NCBI GenBank assembly: GCA_051313645.2
Contig: JBNRSN020000015.1
Coordinates: 100,936,001-101,000,000 of the forward strand
From: Centroscyllium fabricii
Lineage: Eukaryota
Direction: 5' to 3'
Length of the DNA stretch: 64,000 nucleotides
The position numbers and the translations under genes were made by a program. Positions within the stretch are counted from its first letter, which is position 1, and every line of letters begins with the position of its first letter. The notes beneath the pieces were generated by a model. The model ran no database searches. It was not told where the DNA came from and worked only from the letters and a program-made list of their open reading frames with translations. Below, piece by piece: positions 1 to 12,151 of this stretch.

Positions 1-164
1 GTGAAAGGGGCTATATAAATGAAAGTCTTTCTTTCTTAGAGATTCGGGGATATGGGGATGGGCGGCAAAGGGAAGGGAGAAGTTCAGCCAGAATCTGATT
101 GATGGTGGATCAGGTTGGAGGGACCGTCTGGCCTAGTCCTGCTCCTATTTCTTATGTTCATATG

Positions 165-390
165 ACATTAGGTGCGGTAAAGTGTAATTACAGCAGCATC
201 ACTGTATGTGGCACTGGGTGCGGTAGAGTGTAATGACAGTGGGTGCAGTAGAATGTAATTACAGCATCACCACTGTGGGTGACACTGGGTGCTGTAGAGT
301 GTAATGACAGTGGGTGCGGTAGAATGTAATTACAGCAGCATAGCTGTGGGTGACACTGGGTGCCCTAGAGTGTAATTAAAGCACTGAGTG
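165..390. repeat. Degenerate minisatellite (TGACACTGGGTGCGGTAGAGTGTAATTACAGCAGCATCACTGT-like modules)
   Basis: Repeated gggtgc.gtaga.tgtaat modules seen directly. Confidence 0.8.
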
Positions 391-400
391 CAAGATAATG

Positions 401-493
401 AAAACAGAAGATGCTGGAAACACTCAGCAGGTCAGGCAGCATCTGTGGAGAGAGAAACAGAGTTAAGGTTTCAGGTCGATGACCTTTGGTCAG
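401..493 (-). mobile_element. Penelope-like family B fragment
   Basis: gatgctggaaacactcagcaggtcaggcagcatctgtggagagagaaac shared with the other family B copies. Confidence 0.65.
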
Positions 494-3400
494 ACGGGAG
501 AGCAAGCTGACGGGTCTGATGATCACTTGTGTATCATATTGGGTGCAGCATTGTCTGATCACCGCGCTAATCATTGAATGCATGACACTGGGTGTAGTAT
601 GCTCTGATAACTGCACTAAACACTGAATGTATGACATTGGGTTTAGTACAGTCCAATAACCCCGATCACATTTATCAGTGTATGATCCGGGTGCGATGGC
701 TATAACCTCCAAGGGATCTAATGACATCATGAACCATAAAGTACAGTGAATATCACAAGTCGTGACCCCCGGGCAGCTGTTATTCCTAATGGCAGTTTTC
801 CTGTTTCATTCCATCCACATTATACATTTCTTCATATTGTCCAAGCTTAGCATCAAAGATCCTCATCTCCCATAACACAAAAGGTTCGAATTTTTCGTTT
901 AAAATACACTCCTCTGTTAATTTGAATTACAGTACTTGGAACAGAGTGACATACTTGTGTCTGCTTTTAGCTCAAAGAGAAATGGAAATAAGACATCACC
1001 AACACGGTTGGTATCACTGCAGCTAGGTTAACTAAATATAGTAATGTGGTGTTGCATAGGTCAACAACAGTGTGTTAATCTGCCTTCACCATTAAAACTA
1101 TCGGCCTATAAGAAATTAAGAAGGACGCTGCGGAATCGAGCCACAACCGCTCATAGTACAAGAACTGTAAAACATTAAAAAGGGAATCCTGACTGCGGGT
1201 CACACATAAAGCGGATATTTTTATTCTTTCGTTTTAGACAATTGGGAATCAACGTCCCTAATATTAGATTCAAATTTAAAACAGTATTTTTATATAAATA
1301 TTTATTTATATTTATATTAAATGCAGCATGCAAACTGCACAAAATATCTGTTGGTTATGAAAGTTGCTCCAAAATTGTGTTAGCTTTATGTAAACTTTGA
1401 GTGACTGTAATTATCCATAATCATGATTTATTAAAGACAAAAACAGCTATGCAAGAGCTAGATAAAAAGACCATTTCGCGTTCCAATTGTATATTGCTTT
1501 ACCTTTTAAACTCGGATTTCCCACGTGTCCCCACACATCTTTAAATCGTTCTAGACGAGATCGATAGTGTTCAACAACATCGAAGGTTCAACGTTTTTCG
1601 CTGGTTGAACAGCTTTCGAATGATTCTATGGACGGTTCTCTCTCCAGCTGCTCAGTGTGTAACATTATCATGACAACTTCTGGACAACACGGAGCACCAC
1701 TATTTGCTCAAAATTCAATTTATATCGTGATACCCACTGCACCCATACAATAATGATCGGCTCCAGTGTATTACTGCCGAAAAGTGCACGAAATACGTGG
1801 GAACAAAATAACGCTGGGAAACACGGTAACAGAATATAGAAACAGAGTATAATATACTTGAAGATTACTCTGGTTAAAAAGACAACTGAATAAATAGGGG
1901 ATGAGTTTCGTTTTACAGACACTGATTGCAATGTTGTTTAACGTCCATGAGTTGGTGGCTGAACTAATATCCAGAACGATAGATTTAGTACTGGTTGCAG
2001 TACAATAGAAAATCAAATATATCCCCGAAGAGTTACTATTTACTATTAATGAAGCAAACAGCTTAAAATAACTTTTAGCTACAATTAGTTAACCTAAATT
2101 ATCCCTAAACTTCGGAGTAAAATATTGAAGTGTGTTTTATAGAATGTTGTGATCTGTAGACTACCTGGCTTTTAGCAACGGAAATAAACTTCAAATGACA
2201 TTACTAACAATGCCCCAAATTGATGATCTCAAAGAAATCATGCAGGGAAACGATGGCTGTAGACACAAAGAATATATATTCTCTGATTATAATTGCCTAG
2301 GTAAAATAAATATATATATATATATATAATTTATATTTTGCATGGGGAATTAGCTCTTGAGACGGAATAGATTTTTGATCGCGTGAAAGTCAGCAGAGAG
2401 ATCCAAAATCAAAGTCGTTATTCATTGATATAACACCCACTTTAAGAACAGTTAATTGATAACAATAGGCACGTGTAAACAATACCAACAGTTAGCAAAC
2501 TGCGAATAATGTGCATTGCTTTGTTTATTGGATCATTCTATTTCTGGTTTTATTATTAAAATTTAAATATTTAATTGGAAACTCATTCTGGCCTTTTTAG
2601 GAGATAGATATTCCCCCCCCCCCCCCCCTCCCCAATACGAATAAACACAAAATATGTTCTTGCTCTTCAGATGAAACAAATTGCGACCTGAAATAAAGTC
2701 ACTTCCATATACCACCGCCTATTTTTGAGGAACCTGTAATTCACAATTCGTATTTTAATATAACTCAATCGACAAGAGCAGCGCCGGGTTGGGGTTCAGG
2801 AAAGGGTTGTGCCCCGAAGGTGCTCTAACTCAGAATTCGAACTACTATACTCAGCGTTTTGGTGAAATAAAACAGGATGAAAATTGGCTTCCACAAAGGT
2901 GATGTGCGGATGTAATAACCACCCAGCGTGTGATTCTGTCCAGAGCTGTCCTTAGTGCTTTGACGTGTCTATTTGCAATACCAACATCAACAGACAGACA
3001 ATCCAGACCTTTCGTCATGATTTATTTTGGCAGGTAAATCCCATTATTGTTCCATGTTGCACAATATATGTTTCGCCATAAGAGTATGTGTGCAAAACTA
3101 ATAGAGCACGGTGCCATCAGAAACCAGAACACTTACATGCCACCTTTCAATATTGATCTTTTAAAATGTACAATCTCGCTGAAAGCTTGTGTACATAAAT
3201 CCTGAAAATGCAATGATTCAAGAATCTATAATTAACACCGGCATAGACCTGCTGGGCCGAATGGCCTCTTTCTATGCTGTGAATTCTATGCTGTGAATTC
3301 TATGTAATACTAGACTTCTATGTAATATGTTGCTGCATCAGGAACACATTTGAACCAAAACTTGCATATTTCATGGCCTTCTTTCACGACTTTTATAACC

Positions 3401-3841
3401 TCAACCTTTTGAGGACTGTTACATTCCTGTACCAATATAACACGATAACTGGAATAGGATTTACAGAATCCCGAGGATAAGCAAATCTTCTATGATTTTT
3501 AAGCTCTGTTGTCAGCATAATATCCAGTCTTAGATATTTAACGAGCATAATTTGTGCACTTTCAATACTGGCATAAGTGCGTTTTAAATATAACCAGAAA
3601 CATGAAGAGCTCTGGGAATAAATGAATCGCTACTTAAATGGTTACCAAAGCCTTCTTCAAAAGTAGGGAAGGGTTCTTTTAACACATCCTTACTGTTCCT
3701 TTATCATCTTAATTGTTATTAGCTCTGGTATAATCCGCTTTAATATCCAGTGCTTGTCACATAGGAGGGATGGATAAACCAGCCGAGTAAATGTTTTTAT
3801 TCCATTTGCCGATAAGGAGAGCCGGCAGCGCGCACATAACC

Positions 3842-3910
3842 CTGATCTATTCGGATAATTTCGCTGATCTATTCGGATAATTTCGCTGATCTATTCGGAT
3901 AATTTCGCTG
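3842..3910. repeat. Perfect 22-bp tandem repeat x3 (CTGATCTATTCGGATAATTTCG)
   Basis: Three identical adjacent units plus CTG. Confidence 0.95.
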
Positions 3911-6409
3911 TATTAGGGTCACAGTTCCGTTAAACGCAATGCACCCCCCCCCCCCCCCCCCGTGACCAAATGCAATTCATTTTGTTCTATTTCCACGACA
4001 GTGACGTTGGAACTAAAAATTCTAAAATAAGTTGGTGTCCTCGATGGCTCGACACCGGTCTGTATCGGGTAGAGTGAAAAACAACCAAAAGAGCCAAGAC
4101 TGCAGTCAGCAGATCGAATATGCAAGAAAAAAATGGATAATTTACGACATATTTTGCTCCTTTTGAATAGCTCCTTCAATAGTACACGATCGGACGGTTC
4201 AAATAACCGCATTTTATTCATCTGATTTTGATAGCCTGCGCACAAAACAGTTCAAGATATAACCCCAAGACAAGTTAATCGCCTCATGTTGCAGGCAATT
4301 CACCTGACTGGATGCCGCACAAGATGAGCAGTCTCTTGTTGAGCATTCATTCATGTGATGAGCATTCGAGTTAGATAAATGTGTTTAAAAGGTCACGCTA
4401 TACAGAAGGGTTTTAGAGTGTGCCTTCCAACTCAAGCCGACATGGACAAACACAGAAAGCCTGTCATGTAAACATTCTGTAAAGTCCTTGTCCCCGACAA
4501 ATGTATACAGTGCATGTACAGTATTAACCCGCCGAGTGCTCGCTATTCTTTTCCAGGCTTGTGTCGTGTCCTTTAGTTGTATTTGTTCTGGAGAAGGGTG
4601 TGGAAGCACACGCAATTGGACAAAACAAAGAACACAGGACTGCCTTTCACCATTACAAAATGTGCTTCAGTTGAAAGAATCCTATGCTCACTGTCACTCG
4701 AAATACAAGAGTGAACCTGTGCTATTCTCTCGAATGGTTAAACTGTTGACCACAGGGTCAACAGCCTTTAATATCAGCTTGTGAGTGAGCTTCAAATAAC
4801 TAGACTTTAAAAGTCCTTTTTTTTTAAAGCTCACTTTAAGAAATGGGGAATTTTCCTGTTAGTCTTCCATGAATGGTGAAAACTTACAACCGATATAAAA
4901 CTCTTGTAACTTTGCGCTTGATTGTCCTCGGCTGTTATACGTATCGGTCAAGCAATTTGTAATGTAAAAAAAAATAACCGGACTCAGCAGTTCATGGTAT
5001 TTTACTCTTTAAAAACAAGAACCTGGTTTGTGATTTTTGTTTTCAATCGGTATTATTATCGTTCGAAAATTGCATTTAAAATTATTGAATTAAAACAAAT
5101 GACGGCAGAAGGTACTGAACATCTCCCAAGTGATGCAAGGCGGGAGCTGCAGCTGGATTTAAGAATTGCACCCGTAAGGAAACCGCCAAGATCATTTAAA
5201 AAAAAGAACTAAATTTTCTAAAATGTGCATCTGCGGCTATACTTTAAAATGGCAGAGACTGACAACACCGTGGAAATGGAGGGTGAACATAGAACGTTCA
5301 AATCTAATAGATGCAACAAGTAAAAAAAGTTTTTTAAAAACTCAAATGAAACTCCTTCATGCGGGACATTCTCATCTGCGTTGCATTTTCTATCTGGCTC
5401 CTTTGCGAGTGTGAATTTATAGACCCAGTAAAATAGCCACCAAGATCCTCCGCTGCACTCTCAGTAGTTTAATGACCTGAAAGCAATCTGATAGAAATGC
5501 CTCGATCATTAGATAGATTTTACCAAAATATATTACAATATTGATGTAATGGTTTCACCTTTTACTTTATTCAGAACCTTGTGTTGCTGTCCAACCACAC
5601 AGCTATGTCAAAAAAAACACGTTTCCTATTTTATGACTAGGTCATTACAAATACACACGTTATAACATATTAGCAAAAAAGTGGACGTACAAATTTGTTA
5701 AAGATGTTAGCGAGGTTCCTCCAAGGGGTTTGTAGAAACTGGCTCTTAACACGGAATTGTCTGGGGGGATGAAGGAAAAGGAAGTTTAAATCGGAACTTC
5801 TGAGTTGGTTTTCATTAGGGCCCAGGGTTATTTAAGGAAAGAATTAATACAGGCAAAAAAAAAAGTTTTTTTTTTAAAGTGATGAGCAGGCAAGTTCTTC
5901 CATTGTCGTGGTCCGGCAACCAGAGTTTGAACCGGTTCCTCAAAGAGTATATTGCAACCGAGAAAAACTTAGACGTGACCAGGGAGCATTAACAAAAGTA
6001 GCATTTTACTGAAATGATTTACCGTTAGAGCGGTTACGACATTTGACGTTGGCAATCAGTGAAAGTAGCGGTTAGAAAATGTTTGGTCGAGTAGAATGGC
6101 GAGGTGAGAAAATTATTCCCATTTCATTTTAGCAATTCTTAATTTGATTGAAGACGATTACTCTTGCTGTCAAATTCGTGGTAATATGTCTATCGTATTC
6201 AAATCAATCTCCTGTTCAGATCGTTTCACTATTAAGCACCGAAGGAAAAAAACAACTTTTTTTTTACAGAATTAAACTAAATCCTATCGCCGTGTTCTCT
6301 TATGCGGGTCTTTTGTGTGTAATGTTACCGTTTTACAAAGGATCATAAAATGCAACTAGGCTGCAATGTTCAGACAAAGCCAGCACTCAACAAGGGCGTT
6401 GCAAATCAA

Positions 6410-6790
6410 GCACAGCGTGCCCATTAAATTGGCCCCGGTTGGATTTTAAGATAAGGACAGATATATATTCATCTCCTAATTACATTACTGTCATGTGTTT
6501 AATTGTCCCTTCTTTTGAAGTGTTTTGTGAGGAGATCTGACCTCCCCATTTATCTGATCTACATATTAATTGGGGGGGGGAAGAGGTGGGAGACGCCGAG
6601 CTCTGGGATATAGTGAGTTGTTACATCTGCAAGCCCCTGCCTCTCAACGAAAAACCCACAATAGGACTCGAGTTCAAGTCGGCTCCCCTCTACGCTCTGC
6701 GGTTCCCAATCGTTCGCAAGCCAGTTCCCTGCTGCGAGCCCGCTAGATCCCCCCTTTTTTTTTTAAAGTACTCGAAACTTATTTTTAGCA
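6410..6790 (+). promoter_or_regulatory. Putative ALX4 proximal promoter / 5' UTR with clustered homeodomain sites
   Basis: Repeat-free DNA just upstream of the ATG with many TAAT/ATTA cores, including palindromic TAATTACATTA (P3 type) at 6477-6487. Confidence 0.5.
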
Positions 6791-7142
6791 ATGAACGGGG
6801 AGACTTGCGTGTCTTATTGCGATATAGCGAGTATGGATTCATATTATAACCCATCTCCGCAGGGGAGAGAGCATCAGGACTCCCCTTTCAGAGCATTCCA
6901 ACCCAGTGACAAGTTCGGCCCCAACTTCCTGGCCAACAAAGGCCAAAGTTATGGTGACAAGTCGAGGACCCCCTTCCAGCAGGAATGTGAGCCACTGGAC
7001 ACCAGCGTTCAAAACCCCACCGGCGACAGCGCCTTTAACAAATATCTCTATATGCAGAGCGCTGGCAGGACGGCCAAGGCTCCGGTGCAAAACAACAAGA
7101 TTCAAGAAGCCAACCACAACGGCGCCTTGCTACCCTGCTACG
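6791..7142 (+). CDS. ALX4: ALX4 coding exon 1 (N-terminus)
   Basis: ATG at 6791 opens MNGETCVSYCDIASMDSYYNPSPQGREHQDSPFRAF...KFG...LLPCY, matching the recalled ALX4 N-terminus (MNAETCVSYC..SPFRAF..DKFG..VPCY). Ends at phase-1 donor TAC G|gtgagt (352 nt). Confidence 0.95.
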
Positions 7143-7277
7143 GTGAGTCACCCCTTGGGGGAACCTCGACTCGGGGCTGTTAAAGTGCACAAACTCGTAT
7201 TTTTTAAGGGTTGGGGGGGAAGTGAATATCCATTCTTACATAGAGTGGAACTATAGCGTGTTCCCATGTAACAGCCG

Positions 7278-7473
7278 GGATGTGGAGGTGCCGGTGTTGG
7301 ACTGGGGTGGACAATTGTACGAAGTCACACAACACCAGGTTAGAGTCCAACAGTTTTATTTGAAATCACAAGCTTTCCGAGCGCTCCGAACCTGAGGAAG
7401 GAGCTGTGCTCCGAAAGCTTGTGATTTAAAATAAAACTGTTGGACTCTAACCTGGTGTTGTGTGACTTCTTGT
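7278..7473 (-). mobile_element. Penelope-like family A hairpin insertion
   Basis: Inverted arms, CTGAGGA..GAAA hammerhead core, 13-bp TSD CATGTAACAGCCG (7265-7277 / 7474-7486). Confidence 0.8.
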
Positions 7474-8713
7474 CATGTAACAGCCGCTGCCTTGGTTCGG
7501 TCGAGTCAAGCCAAGAGCATTTTTCCAATGGTGAATTTTCCCCTTTGTTGTTTCGCGAGACAGACAGTGGCGAGACAGAGTGGTGTCTTGGCTGTGTGCG
7601 TATGTGTCACCTTGTCTCATTATTGTTACAGAACATCGAATATATTTTGACAATGAGCTTTTGTCCCGTCCCCCCACCCTCTCCCCGTGTTAATGGCGGC
7701 GCTTTAGACCATTAGCTGTCAGATCTTCAGGCCGTAAGCGGAGGCTGTTGAACCAGAAGTGAAAATGAACATCCGAGGAGGATGTGAACTCACGAGAAAC
7801 AAAACGGCGTTGAGCGGCGCTGCAGTGAAGGAGGGTTAGTTACCAGGAGCGGCCCGCAGTAGACGCGCTGCCCTGGGGGACGGGACGGGACGGGCAGAGG
7901 CCGCTGTATTGTTGCAAGTATTGGTTGTAAAAAGGAGAGTTGCCTGCAATAAAGGCCACTCGTGTGAGACTAGCCCATGTAATGCCGCTCTCCCTCCCGT
8001 CCCTGTTACACTCTCCTGGATGCACCTGCGCTATCTTCCCACTGGACTGCCCCGCGAGTCCACTCCAGGCAATAACTCAAAGAGCCCGAGCTGATGAAGA
8101 AGCGGCGCCCCAGTCCAGAGGTGCTTGGGTTACAGAAACAACTCATCCATCAGCCGGCTCGCCCAGGGCAGCCTGAGCAGCCGCCTTCAACTCAGCAGCT
8201 CCCCGGAGCAGAATGTCGGCACTTTCTCTCTCTCCCCCCACCCCCCTCCCCACCCCCAAGACTCACATTAAAAAAGCTAAACCCTGCCCGCTCTCTCTTA
8301 GCGAGATGCACTCCGGCAAAGGTGCCGTGTGCTGACCCCGCTGCAAGACTCCCTTCAAAACAAACACCGCCCCAAACAAGGTAACCTGAAAGAACGGGGC
8401 ACTTTGGACTGATTTATACTAAACAAAAGATTCTTTTTGTTTTTCTTTTTGGAGTAGTTTGGTGCTGAGTGATGCTCAATCGCCCAATGGGGTCAATGTC
8501 ACTATCTGTTGAGTGAGATTCAGGCTCCCTGTACATGGCTTTGGTTTGTAGTTGCTGTGCATTGGGTCTCAGATGTGAACGCCGTGTTAGTCCATCTTAA
8601 TCATTTAGCAATGAAATCTGTCTTTCACAAGCGCAGAAAGAAAGGCATTCTCAAAGCATTGTTGTGAAGAATTACCACTAATAAATGACACGAATATTTT
8701 TCCTGCACGATAG

Positions 8714-8801
8714 AATAGCAAAATACAGCGGATGCTGGAAATCTGAAATAACAACAGGAAATGCTGGAAACATTGGGCAGGCCAGGCAGCATCGGTGGAG
8801 A
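8714..8801 (-). mobile_element. Penelope-like family B 3'-end fragment
   Basis: aatagcaaaatacagcggatgctggaaatctgaaataacaacag...ggcagcatcggtggagag. Confidence 0.65.
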
Positions 8802-9219
8802 GTGTGTTCCTCATCGGTTTAGATGAGAACTTTGCGACCGGGGCTGTCGGGCTGATTCTATTGCACCGTGACAGCATCCTGGTGGACAGTCAGTCAGTCC
8901 GTTAGCAAAAAGATCCCGAATTAATGACAGAAAACGTGCAGATAATACAGCCACGTCCGCCGATTTCAAAAGGTTAACCCCCCCCCCCCCCCCCAAAATC
9001 GCTCCTTGTTGTTCGGTTCTCTAAATTGTAGTTCTCTGGAATATTGGAATGAAAGCAAACAAAACCAATCGGCAGTGCTTTTAATTCAAGTTGTAATGCA
9101 ACAACTCAGTTTCAAATATAGGATCGCGATTTGTTCCTTTTGGAAACATCCCATTGATTCCCTACTGAACATTATTTTGTTGTTTCAAATACTCAAGCTT
9201 GTTCTTTACAACTCATTAC

Positions 9220-9840
9220 ATCTACACAGCGCGTTTAACGCAGGAACACCATCAGAGGCAATTCACAGGAGCGGGATAAGTCAGGCATTGACACCCATCC
9301 AAAGGATACAGTGGGTGCAAGTTTTAAGAGAGGGTCTCAGAGGAGGAGAGAGGGGCGTGAAGACCGAGAGGTTTAGTTAGGGAGGGGATGTCAGAGCCTC
9401 GGCTCTCAAGGCATGTCTGCCGATGGTGTGGAGGTGCCGGTGTTGGACTGGGGTGGACAATTGCAAGAAGTCACACAACTCCGAAAGCTTGTGATTTAAA
9501 ATAAAACTGTTGGACTATAATCTGGTGTTGTATGACTTCTTGCAATTGCCGATGGTGGGGTTGAAGAGAGTGTAGGGTGTGCAGGAATCCAGAGGATAGG
9601 GTTGGGGGGGGGGGGGGGGAGGCCATGGGTGGATTTGAACGCAAGGATGAGAATATTAAATTCAAGGTAACGCTGGCCAGGGACCCAATGTAGGTCAGCG
9701 GGCACAGGGGTGATTAGACTTGTTTCAGCTCCGAATATGGGGAGCTGAGATTTGGATGAGCTCACATTTGTGGAGGGTGGAAGATGGGAGGCCAGCAGAA
9801 TCGTTTCGTCTGGAGGTAACCAAAGCCTGGGCGAGGGCTG
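9220..9840 (-). mobile_element. L2-type LINE 3' fragment, degraded and interrupted
   Basis: Minus-strand peptide ITPVPADLHWVP..EFNILILAFKSTHGLPP resembles the L2 ORF2 C-terminal motif ITPVLxxLHWLP..FKIL..FK.LHG.AP. Confidence 0.7.
9429..9546 (-). mobile_element. Penelope-like family A short hairpin insertion inside L2
   Basis: TSD TGCCGATGGTG (9418-9428 / 9547-9557); family A tail plus inverted arm. Confidence 0.8.
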
Positions 9841-9909
9841 CGGCAACAGATACATGTTTTGTAAACAGATACATAGTTTAAAAATAAATCAATACCATAA
9901 ATTCATATT

Positions 9910-10314
9910 TTTCCTTGGAGCAGAGAAGGCTGAGGGGGGACCTGATTGAGGTGTACAAAATTATGAGGGGCATAGATAGGGTAGATAGAAAGGAACTTTT
10001 CCCTTGGTAGAGGGGTCAATAACTAGGGGGCATAGTTTCAAGGTAAGGGGCAGGAGGTATCGTGGGGATTTGTGGAAGAACTTTTTCACCCAGAGGGTGG
10101 TTGGAATCTGGAACTCGCTGCCTGAAAGGGTGGTAGAGGCAGGAACCCTCACAACATTCAAGAAGCATTGAGATGAGCACTTGAAATGCCATAGCATACA
10201 AGGCTACCGACCAAGTGCTGGAAAATGGGATTAGAATAGACAGGGCTTGATGGCCAGCTCGGACACGATGGGCCGAAGGGCCTTTTTCTGTGTTGTATGA
10301 CTCTATGACTCTAA
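9910..10314 (+). mobile_element. CR1 LINE 3' fragment, (ATGACTCT)n-tail subfamily
   Basis: SLEQRRLRGDLIEVYKIMRGIDRVD...FFTQRVVGIWNSLP CR1 RT C-terminus, 3' UTR and octamer tail. Confidence 0.9.
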
Positions 10315-10452
10315 GCCAGCCTTGTAACCTCGTTATATATTTAATTTATACCTACATACAACTACCGTTAATTCATCAAATTAGTGTTCAGGTTTTGGCC
10401 ACGGCGCTATTTCGCTAGGCTTTACAACAAATGCAAATGCTTGAGTGAGTTA

Positions 10453-10614
10453 TGATGTGGAGGTGCCGGTGTTGGACTGGGATGGACAAATGCAAGAAGT
10501 CACACAACACCAGGTTATCGTCCAACAGTTTTATTTGAAATCACAAGCTCCGAAAGCTTGTGATTTCAAATAAAACTGTTGGACGATAACCTGGTGTTGT
10601 GTGACTTCTTGCAG
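10453..10614 (-). mobile_element. Penelope-like family A hairpin insertion
   Basis: Near-perfect inverted arms; TSD TTGAGTG(A/G)GTTA (10441-10452 / 10615-10626). Confidence 0.8.
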
Positions 10615-11332
10615 TTGAGTGGGTTAGTCAGAGAGCTCACTTGTTTTGGATGTGAGCGAAGTGTAGCAACAAATGGTAAACCCGTTGCTCAGACACGGGT
10701 TTGCGATTTCATTACAGATAGCGCACAGAGGAAATGTCCTCTCCTCCCGCTGCCCTGCCAACCCAAGCGGAGAGTGAATGTGTCATCCCGGAATCCGAGC
10801 GTCTTTCTCTGAATATTCTTCAAACGCCACAATGTTTCAACAAGGAAGAAAATAACAGACGGGATGGCATTTTTGCTTCTCAGTTCAGACTAAAATATTT
10901 CGATGGGCCATGCATGCACTCAAATCATGTTGGAACGAGTGTCCAGCCCAGGCTCAATTCTGTAGTGTGTTCATTTCGAAATAAATCCGTAAATATTTAG
11001 ATACAATTGTGAATCAATTGCTGCACCTAAATGAGGCACCTAAAGATTAAACTTGGAAGCTCAATTTGTGGATATTACTCATCTGATTTGATTGTCCCAA
11101 TCTCAAATCGTGCTACCATGAAAACCCCAGCCTATTTGTTACAATCCATTTTTCCCACAGCGTCAAACTTTTGGAAATTTTCAGACAGATTTGACTTCCG
11201 TGTGCTTTTCACGCGAAGAGACCTTATACACTCCAACTACTAGTTAACAGTATCCTAGGAATGTATTGTCCGTTGAAGTAAATACTAGTTTAGCGCATCG
11301 CTTTGTTGATGCTCAGCTATAACTGTTATTTA

Positions 11333-11535
11333 ATCCTGCTGCACAAGTGGAAGCCGAGGGACCACCCGAAGTGCGACTGTGGCCATGAGTCCCAGACCAT
11401 GGAACACATCCCATCAACCTGCCCGCAAATAGCTGTGGTGGGAGGCACCTCATCTCTCCACTCGGCATCTCAGGAGACCATGGCATGGTGGGCCAAACTA
11501 GACATCCCATTATAAACTTTTCCCGTCATACCAAA
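11333..11535 (+). mobile_element. Ingi/Vingi-like non-LTR retrotransposon 3' fragment
   Basis: LHKW...CDCG.ESQTMEHI...CP C-terminal Cys/His knuckle followed by a stop and short 3' UTR. Confidence 0.55.
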
Positions 11536-11746
11536 GCAGTAATCCAAAATATTCAGTATGAATCTCCTTTTGCTTACAGCTGTTTGCATTTTAGGGTTTT
11601 CTAACAATATCAATTCTTTAACCGATAATTATATTATTATATTGCTACTTCCATCCACAGTAGCATTATAGCAAGGTCGAGCCAATCCATTTTGTCCAAC
11701 AATCTGGCTACTGGAATAAGACAGTAGTCATTCTAACGTGTGTTTT

Positions 11747-12151
11747 ACATAGAAACATAGAAACTAGGAGCAGGAGTAGGCCATTCGGCCCTTCGAGCCT
11801 GCTCCGCCATTCAATGAGATCATGGCTGATCAACCAAACCCAGTACCCTGTCCCTGCCCTCCCCCCATATCCCTCGATCCCTATTGAGCCTGCATCGACA
11901 CATATCCCACCCTATCCCCCGTAACCCCACATATTCAATCCCCCTAACACTAAGGGTCAATTTATCCTGGCCAATCAACCTAACCCGCACATCTTTGGAC
12001 TGTGGGAGGAAACCGGAGCACCCGGAGGAAACCCACGCAGACACGGGGAGAATGTGCAAACTCCACACAGATAGTACCCGAGGCTGGATTTGAACCCGGA
12101 TCTCCAGTGCTGTGAGACAACAGTGCTAACCACTGTGCCACCGTGCCGCCC
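11747..12151 (-). mobile_element. HE1-like tRNA-derived V-SINE, family 1, full length
   Basis: tRNA head (TGGCACAGTGG A box, GGTTCAAATCC B box), V-domain GTGTGGAGTTTGCACATTCTCCCCGTGTCTGCGTGGGTTTCC, CR1-like tail (TTCTATGT)n. Confidence 0.9.

Noticed and set aside
7143-7183. Single-exon 130-aa ALX4 ORF
   Set aside because: Homology ends at PCY where a canonical G|gtgagt donor lies; the remainder is intron read-through.
7278-7473. Family A hairpins as miRNA genes or classical MITEs
   Set aside because: Arm lengths vary, the tail is one-sided, TSDs are long and variable, and hammerhead cores are present; this fits Penelope-like retro-insertions better than fixed-TIR DNA transposons or miRNA precursors.
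8091-8140. CTGATGA as a hammerhead core or snoRNA box
   Set aside because: No stem II followed by GAAA, and no convincing C/D box pairing or terminal stem.
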